Assembly: GCA_030141605.1 (NCBI GenBank)
Contig: JAQGDQ010000040.1
Coordinates: forward strand, 744,001-808,000
Direction of reading: 5' to 3'
DNA: 64,000 nucleotides
DNA from: Tubiluchus corallicola
Taxonomy: Eukaryota; Animalia; Priapulida
Shown here in pieces: positions 45,868 to 55,469 of this stretch. The notes beneath the pieces were generated by a model. The model saw only the letters and a program-made list of their open reading frames with translations, was not told the DNA's origin and ran no database searches. Each line of letters starts with the position of its first letter. The stretch's first letter is position 1. Position numbers and translations under genes: made by a program.

Positions 45868-48800
45868 GTAAGTAGATTTATTTCCATTAATTGGCAATTG
45901 CCCTTAAGTTAGAAACTATTTTATAACATTATGTGTGGGTAATACTTTTACAAATTGTCAATAATATTTTTTATAATTCTTGCTGTTTTAAGTAAGTTGA
46001 GTTATTTTTATGTAGAGTTTGTTGGACCACCAGGTTTAGAGTATTTGACTCAAGTGGACCAACTGCTAGTTCAACAACAAAAGGAATTCCTTGAAAGTAG
46101 GTTTAATTATTTTCATTATTTCGTCCAAATTAGGATTTACAAGAATTGAAATACTGTTGCTGAATTGTTTATCATTTGAGTATTAAGAAGTATTTTTTGC
46201 ATTATTTATTTAAATCTGGTGTAAATCTAACAAAGGTATAATATTGACCCAGTCTTTTGTCTCTCTTGTACGTTATGGTTTGATGCACTTCATGAATTAT
46301 TGATGTTCCAGCGCTTGTGTTTTCAAGTACCCAGTGGAACTATCAAAAGATCTTTAAAATGTTTCTTTCTCAAACTTGTGGATCTAATAACTGAACCACT
46401 ATGATGATCTCATATGGCCCTGACGTCTTAACACTATATACATATAAATGACTTTTTGTGCGATGTTACTGAAACATTGTATAAGATTTGTTAGTCTTGT
46501 CATAGCTACCCTATCATTATGGGGGTGCATAATGAATATTAAAGCTATTTCCCTCTGATAGTTTATTCTACATCCAAAAAGCAGTTCACTGTATATTAAA
46601 ATATTGGATTCAGTGATTCTGGAAATTTTAGTTTCTTACTTGGTGGGGGGGGGGGGGCTGATTCCAATAATGTAATGATGCATTATAAAATTCAAAACTG
46701 AAAATTGATGAGTAGACCATAAAAATGGCAAACAAAGGTAAATGTCTAAACAAGTTCCAGTCATTTAATTAAATTATTGAAATCATATTTATTGTACTGG
46801 TTTACCAATTCCTAGTTTAATTAGTGAAAGTGTTTCCCCAGTTTTAAAGCAAATACAATAGATTACACTATAAATCCGGCAATGAAAAATGATTAGAGTA
46901 GCACTGTATTATCTTAAGGCTATGGGTATTTAGCAGGTTCATACACATAATTATTTTCATCTATCATGAAACCACGACTTCTGCTTAGTCACAAAGCTCA
47001 ACTGAAACAGTATCGTGGGATCAGTATATCAGTACCAAGGCAATTGGCTAAGAGCACCATACATCGTCCCAAAAAGATTGTATTACTATCACCAATAATG
47101 GCAGCTTCCTGACAATAAAGACTGGCAAAAATGCCTCAACGAAAAACGATAATTTGAAAGAACAAAGTTAATTTTTCAAATTTTTTTACTTGTTTACTCA
47201 GTGATTTATTGGTAAGGAAATTTATTTGTTTGCACTTAGCATGATGGGCGATTCTGAAAATCACTAAGAACTAACATTTTGCAAGTGTTGTGGTGGCACA
47301 GTAACAAAAGCTTCTAAATTCAAAATAGCGGGTGTGATCGCATGCACTAGCGTTGTCTTTTTGTCATTACGAAGTTAGCATCAATAGATTAATGCCTCAA
47401 CTAGATTATTGGGCTAAAATCAACATCATTGTATGTTTATGCACTAATCATACTTTTATGTTACTTGCATTCACCTATTATCAAAAAAATTGTGTTTTTA
47501 GTTTTCACCGGTTGGGAATCACAGAATAAGTATCGAATTTGCAACACATTGGGACAGCAAGTTTACTTTGCAATTGAAAGTATGTATAAAAATACGAATG
47601 CACTTATAGACATCAGTTTCAGACAATGATTTCACATCACAGATACATTTGTTTTGAAATTTCATGGCTTCGTGTATTATACAGGCATGATATAAGTTTC
47701 CTTTTTTATCTTAATATAAAAGTTATGTCTGAGCTTCTGGGGTTTAGATTTTTAAGTCTTACACCTAGGCTGTTTTGGTTTGACAAAATCGTTGAGGGAG
47801 TTTTAGTTCCAGTATAGAGGTTAATCACATTAAATGCAAAAGATTGTCCTCGCTTTAAGCATAAACAAAAAAAAATCAAAAATATTACTTGCATGTACAT
47901 TCAGTGGCAAAAAAATTTTTGTAGCCCATTTTAATTTGTTTTGTATTTTTCATTCTTTTAGAGTCTGATATATGTGGGCGCCAATGCTGTGGAGGTGTTC
48001 GAGACTTTACGATGAGTATTGTCGACAATGCTGGAAAAGAGGTCATACATTTGGAACGTCCTTTATCAGGAACTTCAATGTCTTGTTGTTGCTGCTATGA
48101 CTGCTTGCAGGTAACACTTCAAATCATAGAGTTAGTGAGTTTAATTTCAGTACTAGCAAAAATTTTGTTTTTATTAAAGACTGTCTTGTCATTCATAATT
48201 GCAACTATGTTTATCCTTTAAGAATGAATGTCATTTTTTAATTGAGAGGCAGTGTTTGTCTTGCAAAGTTTTGCAAAATCTGTTTTGTAACTATGCTTGT
48301 TTGTTAAAAAATGAACTATTACATGTTTTTAATTAACAACAGCACTGTTGGCTAATATACTGTACTGTATAATTTCTTTCACTGAACTCACAGTGTAGGC
48401 CACATTTAGTGTGAAAACCTTAAATTTTAAATTTTTTTCTAGTGAGTTTATGAAAATATTTTGTCAACTTTTTTTAATATAATAAAAAAGTCAGGTGAAT
48501 TAATGCCACAGCGGTTTGAAGTTCTATTGTTTCAAATGAGATTGATATTTTAACCTAAGAAATTTGTCAATTAAAAATAATTTTTGCATCTCACAAGCTA
48601 GTTTGTATGTCATCTAATAAAAAAAGACATTTGGTACAATAATCAATTGAAATTTCGTTATTATTATTTGTCACACTTTGATACTAAAAACTTAATGCAC
48701 AAGAAAACCCTCCACTTACATAAAGCTTAAAAAAATTGTCTGGAAATTTTATACCACTTACTATAATTTCGTATACATGGCTTGCATCAGCCGTGAAGCT

Positions 48801-49406
48801 GTATAAAACGTGTAAATTAAAACTCGTGTGAGTGGCCTAGTGAGTGGAGCACCCTGGAGGGTGAGTCAGCAACATTCTACCAATTGGCACAAACATGTTA
48901 AATTATTAGTCTAGTTACATAAGTCTTTACAGCAGGTAAGTGAAATGCTAAGTAATATAGATTTGCACGGAAAGTTTTTTGGGTCATAATTTAACATTGC
49001 CTTTTCTTCAACTGATTTACATGGCATAGTGACGTCATGTAATGGCGCCGTTGGAACAGTATTGCGGGAGATTTAAAATGAAAACAATTGAAAATTCGTT
49101 TCAACTTTATGTGCATAAAATTGCTGTAAAGTAGTCTAATTTTTTAAGGCAATTTTTCTGAAACCTACTTCAGGTGCCCCTTTTCTTGTCCTTTAATATT
49201 ATTATGAATATACACTAATTTCTTATTATTAATCGTAGGAAATGAAGATTTATGCACCACGAGGTAATCTTTTGGGAACAGTTCATGAAAACTTTGACTA
49301 TTGTACACCTCGTTACTCAGTGTATGATGCCAACCATCAAGAAATATTTAAAATAACTGGTGATACTTGTGCAATAGCGTGCCTAGGTGGCAATGTCAAT
49401 TTTGAG
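45810..49406 (+). CDS. PLSCR: Phospholipid scramblase (PLSCR family), first five coding exons; 3' exons absent
   Basis: join(45810-45867, 46016-46096, 47502-47579, 47962-48110, 49239-49406), GT-AG introns, consistent phases. [81 protein letters not shown]...[18 protein letters not shown]...FKITG.TC...NVNFE. Confidence 0.92.
46016..46096 (+). CDS. PLSCR: Scramblase exon
   Basis: [26 protein letters not shown]. Confidence 0.9.
47502..47579 (+). CDS. PLSCR: Scramblase exon
   Basis: [25 protein letters not shown]. Confidence 0.9.
47962..48110 (+). CDS. PLSCR: Scramblase exon (Cys-rich palmitoylation motif)
   Basis: [49 protein letters not shown]. Confidence 0.9.
49239..49406 (+). CDS. PLSCR: Scramblase exon
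   Basis: [56 protein letters not shown]. Confidence 0.9.
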
Positions 49407-50848
49407 GTAATTGTTTTGTTTTGTGTAAAATCATGGCAAATTCAATTCAGTTTTCACACTTTATGTTTTCTGTCTTTTATACTTTCATCCTTTGTCAAAG
49501 TGATTTGTATTCTGTTTTGTTTTCGTAGCACCTTCCAATTTTTTTTACCAGTTTATAGGATCCTAGTTTTTTATTCTTGCTTTGCTAATTTTAAGTAGAA
49601 AGACAAAGAAAATGATGCGAGTTTCTTTGAACTGTTTCAACACAAACAAGAATGGATGAAGTACAAATCAGGCATGACTATACATAACACCACAACAAAA
49701 TGCCTAAAAATAACAAAGTATTAAGACTTTTTGGCTCACTTGCCAAGACATTTTCAGATCAGACTTCTTTCAGTATCATAAAGTGACTAAAGAAAAAAAA
49801 TTAGATATAATACAGAAATAATGGAAACTTATAATAAAAGGTTTAATCAAACGAATACATGAAACATTAAACACAACTTAAATTATTTAAATGATGATGC
49901 AGGGATACAACAATTAATAGTGCTCAGTATTAATTTACCTGTTTATAACAAACTACAAAAATAGCTAGTAATATACTAAATTAAATGCAAATAAGCAAGC
50001 AGCACAATTCTAAAAAGTTACTTTAGTATTTCAGCAAAAGCAAAATATTATGCCGTTAATATCACTACATGTTTACAGAAACACTGAAGTTCAAAAGAAA
50101 CATGAAACTTATTTACCGCACGCATTTTCAACCACAAATCCTAATTATATTTTGCAACTAAAATTATGAAGATTTACATTAACTCAAAGGAAAAATGTCA
50201 CATTCAGTGAGCCCAAGATATTTCAGTTACAACTACAAGAAGATAAGGTACATCCATCAACCATCAACTATATAAAGTCATAGTACTATATAGGGCTGTT
50301 ACCTATGTTTAACTAGACAAATTTAGCTCCTTACATTATTAGAATTTAAGTGAAGGAATTTATTTATCTTAGAATAGATGACAGAGTCCCAAAACATTGA
50401 TGCAGTATACGTTACTAGAACTATGAATCAAACATGGTATATGACATGTAAGGTTTCTCCAAAGTCCGTGACATTTTCACAAGCAATTTTTCGTAATTGC
50501 AAATATTTATGTTAGCTTGACTTAACAAAATAGATTATGCGTACAAAAAAAGGTAGTGTATAATACAATGGTGAACTTACAAGTAAACCCGAGTCAAAAT
50601 GGACTCCATTAATGTTATATAAAAATTATACCTATAGAGCATAATAAAGTTTCTAAGCTCATACGTAGTTAGACATCCACGATTAAGGCATCAGATAAAC
50701 AACGAGCACATTTACGAGATTCAAATATTGCATCAGCCTCCTCTTTAAATTGAAGATGCAAAGCAAATCATAACACTACAAATATAAACACATTTAGCAG
50801 TTAACCAAGTTGAATGTGCCACCATGATGACAAAATTTTGCACTGTGA

Positions 50849-50905
50849 TATAATAGTAGATTTAACATAGCAGGAAAAGTCTATAAAATTGATAGGAAAC
50901 GATAA
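50849..50905. other. Animal-to-Bacteroidota junction zone
   Basis: Intronic animal DNA changes abruptly to dense intronless bacterial genes. A short frame ...IAGKVYKIDRKR* (stop 50902-50904 region) looks like the cut-off 3' end of an upstream bacterial gene. Confidence 0.75.
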
Positions 50906-50915
50906 TAGCGAGCGA

Positions 50916-53207
50916 ATGAAATACTTAAATAATCAAAACTTAGTAATCTTAATTTTTGTGATAACACTATCTGTTTTTACTACTTGCAAGCCAAAAACAG
51001 AAAAGAGTAAGAGAGATGTAATCCAACCCGTTGATTTGGTCTATAACCAATTAGATACCGAAAACTCAAGATGGTTTTTATTCTCATCGGCATGCCGCCC
51101 ATTTGGAATGGTAAACCTGAGCCCCGATACTCAGATTGGAGGAGCATGGGGGAGTGGTTATCGCTATCTTACTGATACTGTGAAAGGCTTTAGTCATATT
51201 CACGCCTGGCAATTATCTGGCCTGTCAGTTATGCCTGTTGCATTAACCGATGATAACAAAGAGAATATTTTTACCGATTTCTACTCGCACTTTAGTCACG
51301 AAACTGAAAAAGTTAATCCGGGTTATCATTTTCTGAATTTGGACAGATACAATATTGATGTGGAAATTACCAGCACCACACGCGTTGGTTTTCATAAATA
51401 CACTTTTAAGGGGAGTGGTAACCCCGCCTTACTGCTTAACTTGAATATTTTGTTGGGACCATGCAAGAACATCGATGGTATTTTGCACAAATCAGGTGAG
51501 CATTTTGTTATTGGCGAGCTTACCAATGCACCAACCCGTCGCCGTCCGAAGCCAACCAAGGTGTTTTTTAAAGTTGAATCAGATACCAAAATTGTAGATT
51601 TAGTCAAAGATGAGAAAACGGGTAATTACCTTTTAGCTTTTGAGGAAACGGCAAAACAAGTTCAGTTAAAAGCTGGAATTTCCTACACTTCAATGGAAAA
51701 TGCTGGAAATAATATTCAAACAGAATTGCTGCATTGGGATTTTGAAAAAATTGTGGACGAATCGAAAAAAGAGTGGAACAAACTTTTAAGCCGCATTCAA
51801 ATAAAAGGAGGAACAGAAACTCAACAAAAAAGATTTTATACAGACTTATGGCATGGCTTGCAAGGTCGCCGTATTATCAGCGATGCAAACGGAGCTTATC
51901 CCGATTATACTGGCGATGAATTTCGTATCGGTCAAATCCCACTTGATGGGAATGGTAAATCAAAATTCAACCATTATAATTCCGATTCTTTCTGGGGTGC
52001 ACAGTGGACCATAAATACACTTTGGGGTTTGGTTTATCCGGAGATTTATAAAGAATTTGTACAGTCGTTGATGCTGTATTATCAAGATGGTGGAATGGTT
52101 CCAAGGGGTCCATCTGGAGGAAATTATACCTACGTAATGACTGGGGCTTCGGCAACGCCATTTGTTGTAAGTGCTGTTCAAAAAGGAATTGTAACTGAAA
52201 ATTTAGAGGAAATTTACCAAGCCCTAAAGAAAGGGCATATGCCAGGAGGAATTATGGCAAAAGCCGGTTACGAGCACTATACAGAATTGGGTGGAGGTTT
52301 GGATTATTACATAAAGAACGGTTGGGTACCATATCCAATTCCTGAGGGGAAGTTTGGATATCATCAGGATGGGGCAAGCTTAACCATGGAGTATGCTTAT
52401 CAGGACTGGACTTTGGCACAGTTGGCAAAGAAACTTGGGCATACCGAGGATTATGAATATTTTTTGAAACGCTCTGAGAACTATAAAAACATTTACGATA
52501 AGGAAACTACCTGGATGCGTCCACGTGATGTAAATGGTAAATGGCTGGAAAACTTTGATCCTTATAATTACGAACATGGTTTTAACGAATCGAATGGGGC
52601 GCAGTCAACCTGGTTTGTGCCACATGATTTGGTTGGCTTAGCAGAGTTAATGGGAGGCAAGGAGAAGGCTGTAAAGAAATTAAATCAACAGTTTAAAACA
52701 GCTGAAGCAATTAACTTTACTTCGGGTACATCGCACGACAAAGAGCAGCACCCCGAATATAGACGCATTCCTATAAATTACGGCAATCAACCATCCACTC
52801 AAACTGCTTTTGTTTTCAATAAGCTTGGACGTCCCGATTTGTCGCAGTACTGGGCACGTAAGGTGGTTGATAAGGCATTCTCTGGCTTTTCGCCAGCAAG
52901 TGGTTACAATGGCGATGAAGATCAGGGGTTAATGGGAAGTTTGGCAGTATTGATGAAAATTGGTCTGTTCCAAATGACTGGCGGAACCGAAGAAAATCCG
53001 GAGTACCTGATTGGTAGCCCTATTTTTGATGAGGTGAAAATTAATCTTCCGAATGGAAATGTTTTTTCCATAAAAACGGAAAATAATTCCGCAGAAAGCT
53101 ACAAGGTTAATTCCGTAATTTTTAATGGTAACAAACGCGATAGTTTAATGCTGAATCATGAAGATATTTTGGATGGTGGAGAGTTGGTTCTGAAAATGGG
53201 GGATTAG
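50916..53207 (+). CDS. GH92 family alpha-1,2-mannosidase-like glycoside hydrolase, probable lipoprotein
   Basis: PFGMVNLSPDT, GFSHIH, PGYH..L....IDVEITSTTRVGFHKY, TMEYAYQDW.LAQLAKKLG, FNESNGAQSTWFVPHD, YGNQPS, GDEDQGLM, GSPIFD; N-terminal K + hydrophobic stretch + Cys. ATG at 50916 preferred. Confidence 0.95.
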   Translation: MKYLNNQNLVILIFVITLSVFTTCKPKTEKSKRDVIQPVDLVYNQLDTENSRWFLFSSACRPFGMVNLSPDTQIGGAWGSGYRYLTDTVKGFSHIHAWQLSGLSVMPVALTDDNKENIFTDFYSHFSHETEKVNPGYHFLNLDRYNIDVEITSTTRVGFHKYTFKGSGNPALLLNLNILLGPCKNIDGILHKSGEHFVIGELTNAPTRRRPKPTKVFFKVESDTKIVDLVKDEKTGNYLLAFEETAKQVQLKAGISYTSMENAGNNIQTELLHWDFEKIVDESKKEWNKLLSRIQIKGGTETQQKRFYTDLWHGLQGRRIISDANGAYPDYTGDEFRIGQIPLDGNGKSKFNHYNSDSFWGAQWTINTLWGLVYPEIYKEFVQSLMLYYQDGGMVPRGPSGGNYTYVMTGASATPFVVSAVQKGIVTENLEEIYQALKKGHMPGGIMAKAGYEHYTELGGGLDYYIKNGWVPYPIPEGKFGYHQDGASLTMEYAYQDWTLAQLAKKLGHTEDYEYFLKRSENYKNIYDKETTWMRPRDVNGKWLENFDPYNYEHGFNESNGAQSTWFVPHDLVGLAELMGGKEKAVKKLNQQFKTAEAINFTSGTSHDKEQHPEYRRIPINYGNQPSTQTAFVFNKLGRPDLSQYWARKVVDKAFSGFSPASGYNGDEDQGLMGSLAVLMKIGLFQMTGGTEENPEYLIGSPIFDEVKINLPNGNVFSIKTENNSAESYKVNSVIFNGNKRDSLMLNHEDILDGGELVLKMGD

Positions 53208-53351
53208 TTGAAGGCATTGAAAAATGAGGAAATTGCCAAAGGGTTAGGATTATCCAAACGGACAGTGGAACATCATATTTCTTATGCATTAAAAGAGCTT
53301 TGGAATAACTTAACCTTATTTGGTAGCTTCTTAAATTTTAATTCAGAGTAA
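53208..53351 (+). pseudogene. Isolated region-4 HTH of an ECF sigma-70 factor
   Basis: LKALKNEEIAKGLGLSKRTVEHHISYALKELWNNL...*, typical of the C-terminus of Bacteroidota PUL-associated ECF sigma factors. No region 2. Confidence 0.8.
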
Positions 53352-53438
53352 GATTTTCTTTTATTGCTTATACTTTTGTCATAAGTGTAATCTTCTGTAT
53401 ACGAACCTAACCTCTTTTCATATTCTCTCTTTCTCAAT

Positions 53439-53466
53439 AATCAAAGAAAATTAATTTTCTTTGATT
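53439..53466. terminator. Perfect 28-bp palindrome; possible terminator or operator
   Basis: aatcaaagaaaattaattttctttgatt, extendable with ctcaat / attgag. Confidence 0.4.
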
Positions 53467-53526
53467 GATATTGAGCTTATTTGTTGTTTTCTTTTTCTTT
53501 TCTCTTACCTAACTTTATTCCTGTAA

Positions 53527-53698
53527 GATGCCATTTTGGATAGGATCGTAAGCTCATCACATAGAATAGATCTAAAAGGTGAATCGTTAAGAAAAGGAAT
53601 TTTAAAAACTGAAAGCTAAAAATATTGTATTATTGTAGCATCTTTCAAAGTGGCACTGTTTGACCGAAAAGAGTGGCGCGGTCACACCGAAATAACCA
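53527..53698 (+). mobile_element. istB: IS21-family remnant: istB C-terminus plus right end
   Basis: DAILDRIVSSSHRIDLKGESLRKGILKTES* (53527-53619) is the canonical IstB tail. Then twin motifs gtggcactgtttgaccgaaa / gtggcgcggtcacaccgaaa ending in ...CA (53698), as in IS21 ends. Confidence 0.85.
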
Positions 53699-54218
53699 GA
53701 AGGCAGGTCCGCATGTAGTAATCAAGGTCGGTAATGAATTTATAGTTTAGTTGCGTTAAAAAAATATCATCGACTTTTCTTTTTTCTTTTAGAAATCCGA
53801 ACACGTAACTTTTGGTTATTTTGTAGTTCTTATTCGTGCTTGTCGATAACTTTCCTGATTCCGTACGATGATGATAATCGAACAATTCAGTTAATTAATG
53901 CACATTCTCATTTTCACATAGGAATCGTGATTTTAAAATATCTGCAGTAATAAGTTCTCTTTTAAGTTGAAGTTCCTGGTAGCATTCAACTAATTTTGAA
54001 TGAACAAACTCAAGGTAGGTATTAAATGCACTGTAATCAGGTGCAGTGTGTTTTAATTTGCCTTTTGAACCATCCCAATGTTTGGCTTTAACTGTTTTTC
54101 TAAGCGAAATTTCTACCCTTTTTTTGTTGACAGTAACTTTTGCATAACCCAGACTGTAAATTGTTTTTCCTCTTCGTCGGCTAATAAGTTGAATATCAAA
54201 TGATTGATTTGTTCTTAT
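53699..54218 (-). pseudogene. Truncated Bacteroidota tyrosine integrase (arm-DNA-binding plus SAM-like domains)
   Basis: ..YAKVTVNKKRVEISLRKTVKAKHWDGSKG...FNTYLEFVHSKLVECYQEL...ITADILKSRFL..*LTELFDYH...STNKNYKIT...LNYKFITDLDYYMR. ATA in place of the start, an internal stop, and cut by the IS21 end before the catalytic domain. Confidence 0.88.
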
Positions 54219-54309
54219 TTTTTCAAGTTTTTTAGTTTGTAGTTCATTTTTGTTCCTTTTGCTGATAAATAGCCAATTGCCGAATTACTGGGAACATTCA
54301 TTTACAAAC

Positions 54310-54433
54310 ATCTGTGAGCTAATTCTGTGAATTTTTTAGCTTGTAATTATTTGTCGGATAGTGAATTGCAGAGTTCTGGTGAGCTGTAAATCTAAAAAAA
54401 CTTTACAACACACACTATAACTCACCAGAAACT
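54310..54433. promoter_or_regulatory. Putative integrase arm-type sites (att region of an island)
   Basis: Reiterated tctgtgagct / ttctgtgaat / tctggtgagct and inverted aactcaccagaa between the integrase start and the tRNA 3' end. Confidence 0.4.
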
Positions 54434-54459
54434 TGAATTTATTTGGTTGAGTAAAAATC

Positions 54460-54495
54460 AAAAAAGCCTGAAAATCAATGGATTTTCAGGCTTTT
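54460..54495 (-). terminator. Intrinsic terminator downstream of tRNA-Gln
   Basis: aaaagcctgaaaatc-aatg-gattttcaggctttt, a perfect 15-bp stem with a U tract on the minus strand. Confidence 0.75.
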
Positions 54496-54519
54496 GAGTT
54501 CGTTTAGATTTCTTTTCTG

Positions 54520-54592
54520 TTGACCCGCCAGGGCTCGAACCTGGACTCTTCTGAACCAAAATCAGACGTGTTGCCAGTTACACCACGGGTCA
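54520..54592 (-). tRNA. tRNA-Gln (UUG)
   Basis: Acceptor stem TGACCCG/CGGGTCA, anticodon arm TCTGA-ttTTGgt-TCAGA, T arm CCAGG-TTCGAGC-CCTGG; CCA not encoded. Confidence 0.96.
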
Positions 54593-54634
54593 ATCTTATT
54601 AAATAACATATAGTAGCCCTGCCGTTTAGACGAA

Positions 54635-54670
54635 GCAAAAATACAAAGTTTTTTTTCCCTGCAAACAGTT
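54635..54670 (-). promoter_or_regulatory. Bacteroidota sigmaA-type promoter for tRNA-Gln
   Basis: Minus-strand TTTG (-33) followed by TATTTTTGC (-7, TAnnTTTG). Confidence 0.6.
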
Positions 54671-54980
54671 TATCCTATAATTTAATGAGAGTTGGAGGTA
54701 ATAAATAGGAAGTAAAAGTTGTATATGAGATTTGTATTGAAAAATATTAAGGGTTTTTCAAACCTCATTTTTTTATTAATATTTTTTCAAAACACTCTCC
54801 ATTTACATTGGTAAGGAGTGGATTTTAATCAATTTTTTTCTCAATACGAACTAAAATCTTTTACCCTGCGAAGGCTTCATATTATTCAAAACTGCTAAAT
54901 TTGCATGGTTTTCGCTGTTTCGTTATTTGAGATTGTTATGCTTAGACGAGCAGTGCTACTTTAAAGTAAGAAACTTAGTG

Positions 54981-55469
54981 ATGGAGAAAATTGCAGTTTT
55001 TCCGGGTTCGTTCGACCCGTTTACCATTGGGCACGAGTCAATAGTATACAGGGCATTACCTCTTTTTGACCAGATTATCATTATGGTTGGATATAACTCT
55101 AATAAGGGCCCTTTTTATCCAGTCGAAAAGAGAAAAAGATGGATCAAACAAGTTTTTGAAGATATACCCGAAATACATGTAGGAAAATATGAGGGGCTGA
55201 CTGTTGATTATTGCAGGAGGGTACATGCAAAATATATACTACGGGGTATCCGTACAGCTGCCGATTTTGAATATGAACGCGCAATTGCGCAGGTAAACAA
55301 AAAAATGCATCCGGACATTGAAACTGTCTTTCTTTTGACAACACCGGAACACACCTCTATAACATCAACTATAGTGAGGGATATATTTCGCCATGGTGGC
55401 GACGCAGGGATGTTTATCCCTGATAAGCTTGACGCTTCTGAATTTTTAGTACACAATGATGAGAAATAA
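54981..55469 (+). CDS. coaD: Phosphopantetheine adenylyltransferase
   Basis: IAVFPGSFDPFTIGH, LRGIRTAADFEYE, ITSTIVRDI; -7 promoter motif TAAATTTG at about 54896. Confidence 0.97.
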   Translation: MEKIAVFPGSFDPFTIGHESIVYRALPLFDQIIIMVGYNSNKGPFYPVEKRKRWIKQVFEDIPEIHVGKYEGLTVDYCRRVHAKYILRGIRTAADFEYERAIAQVNKKMHPDIETVFLLTTPEHTSITSTIVRDIFRHGGDAGMFIPDKLDASEFLVHNDEK

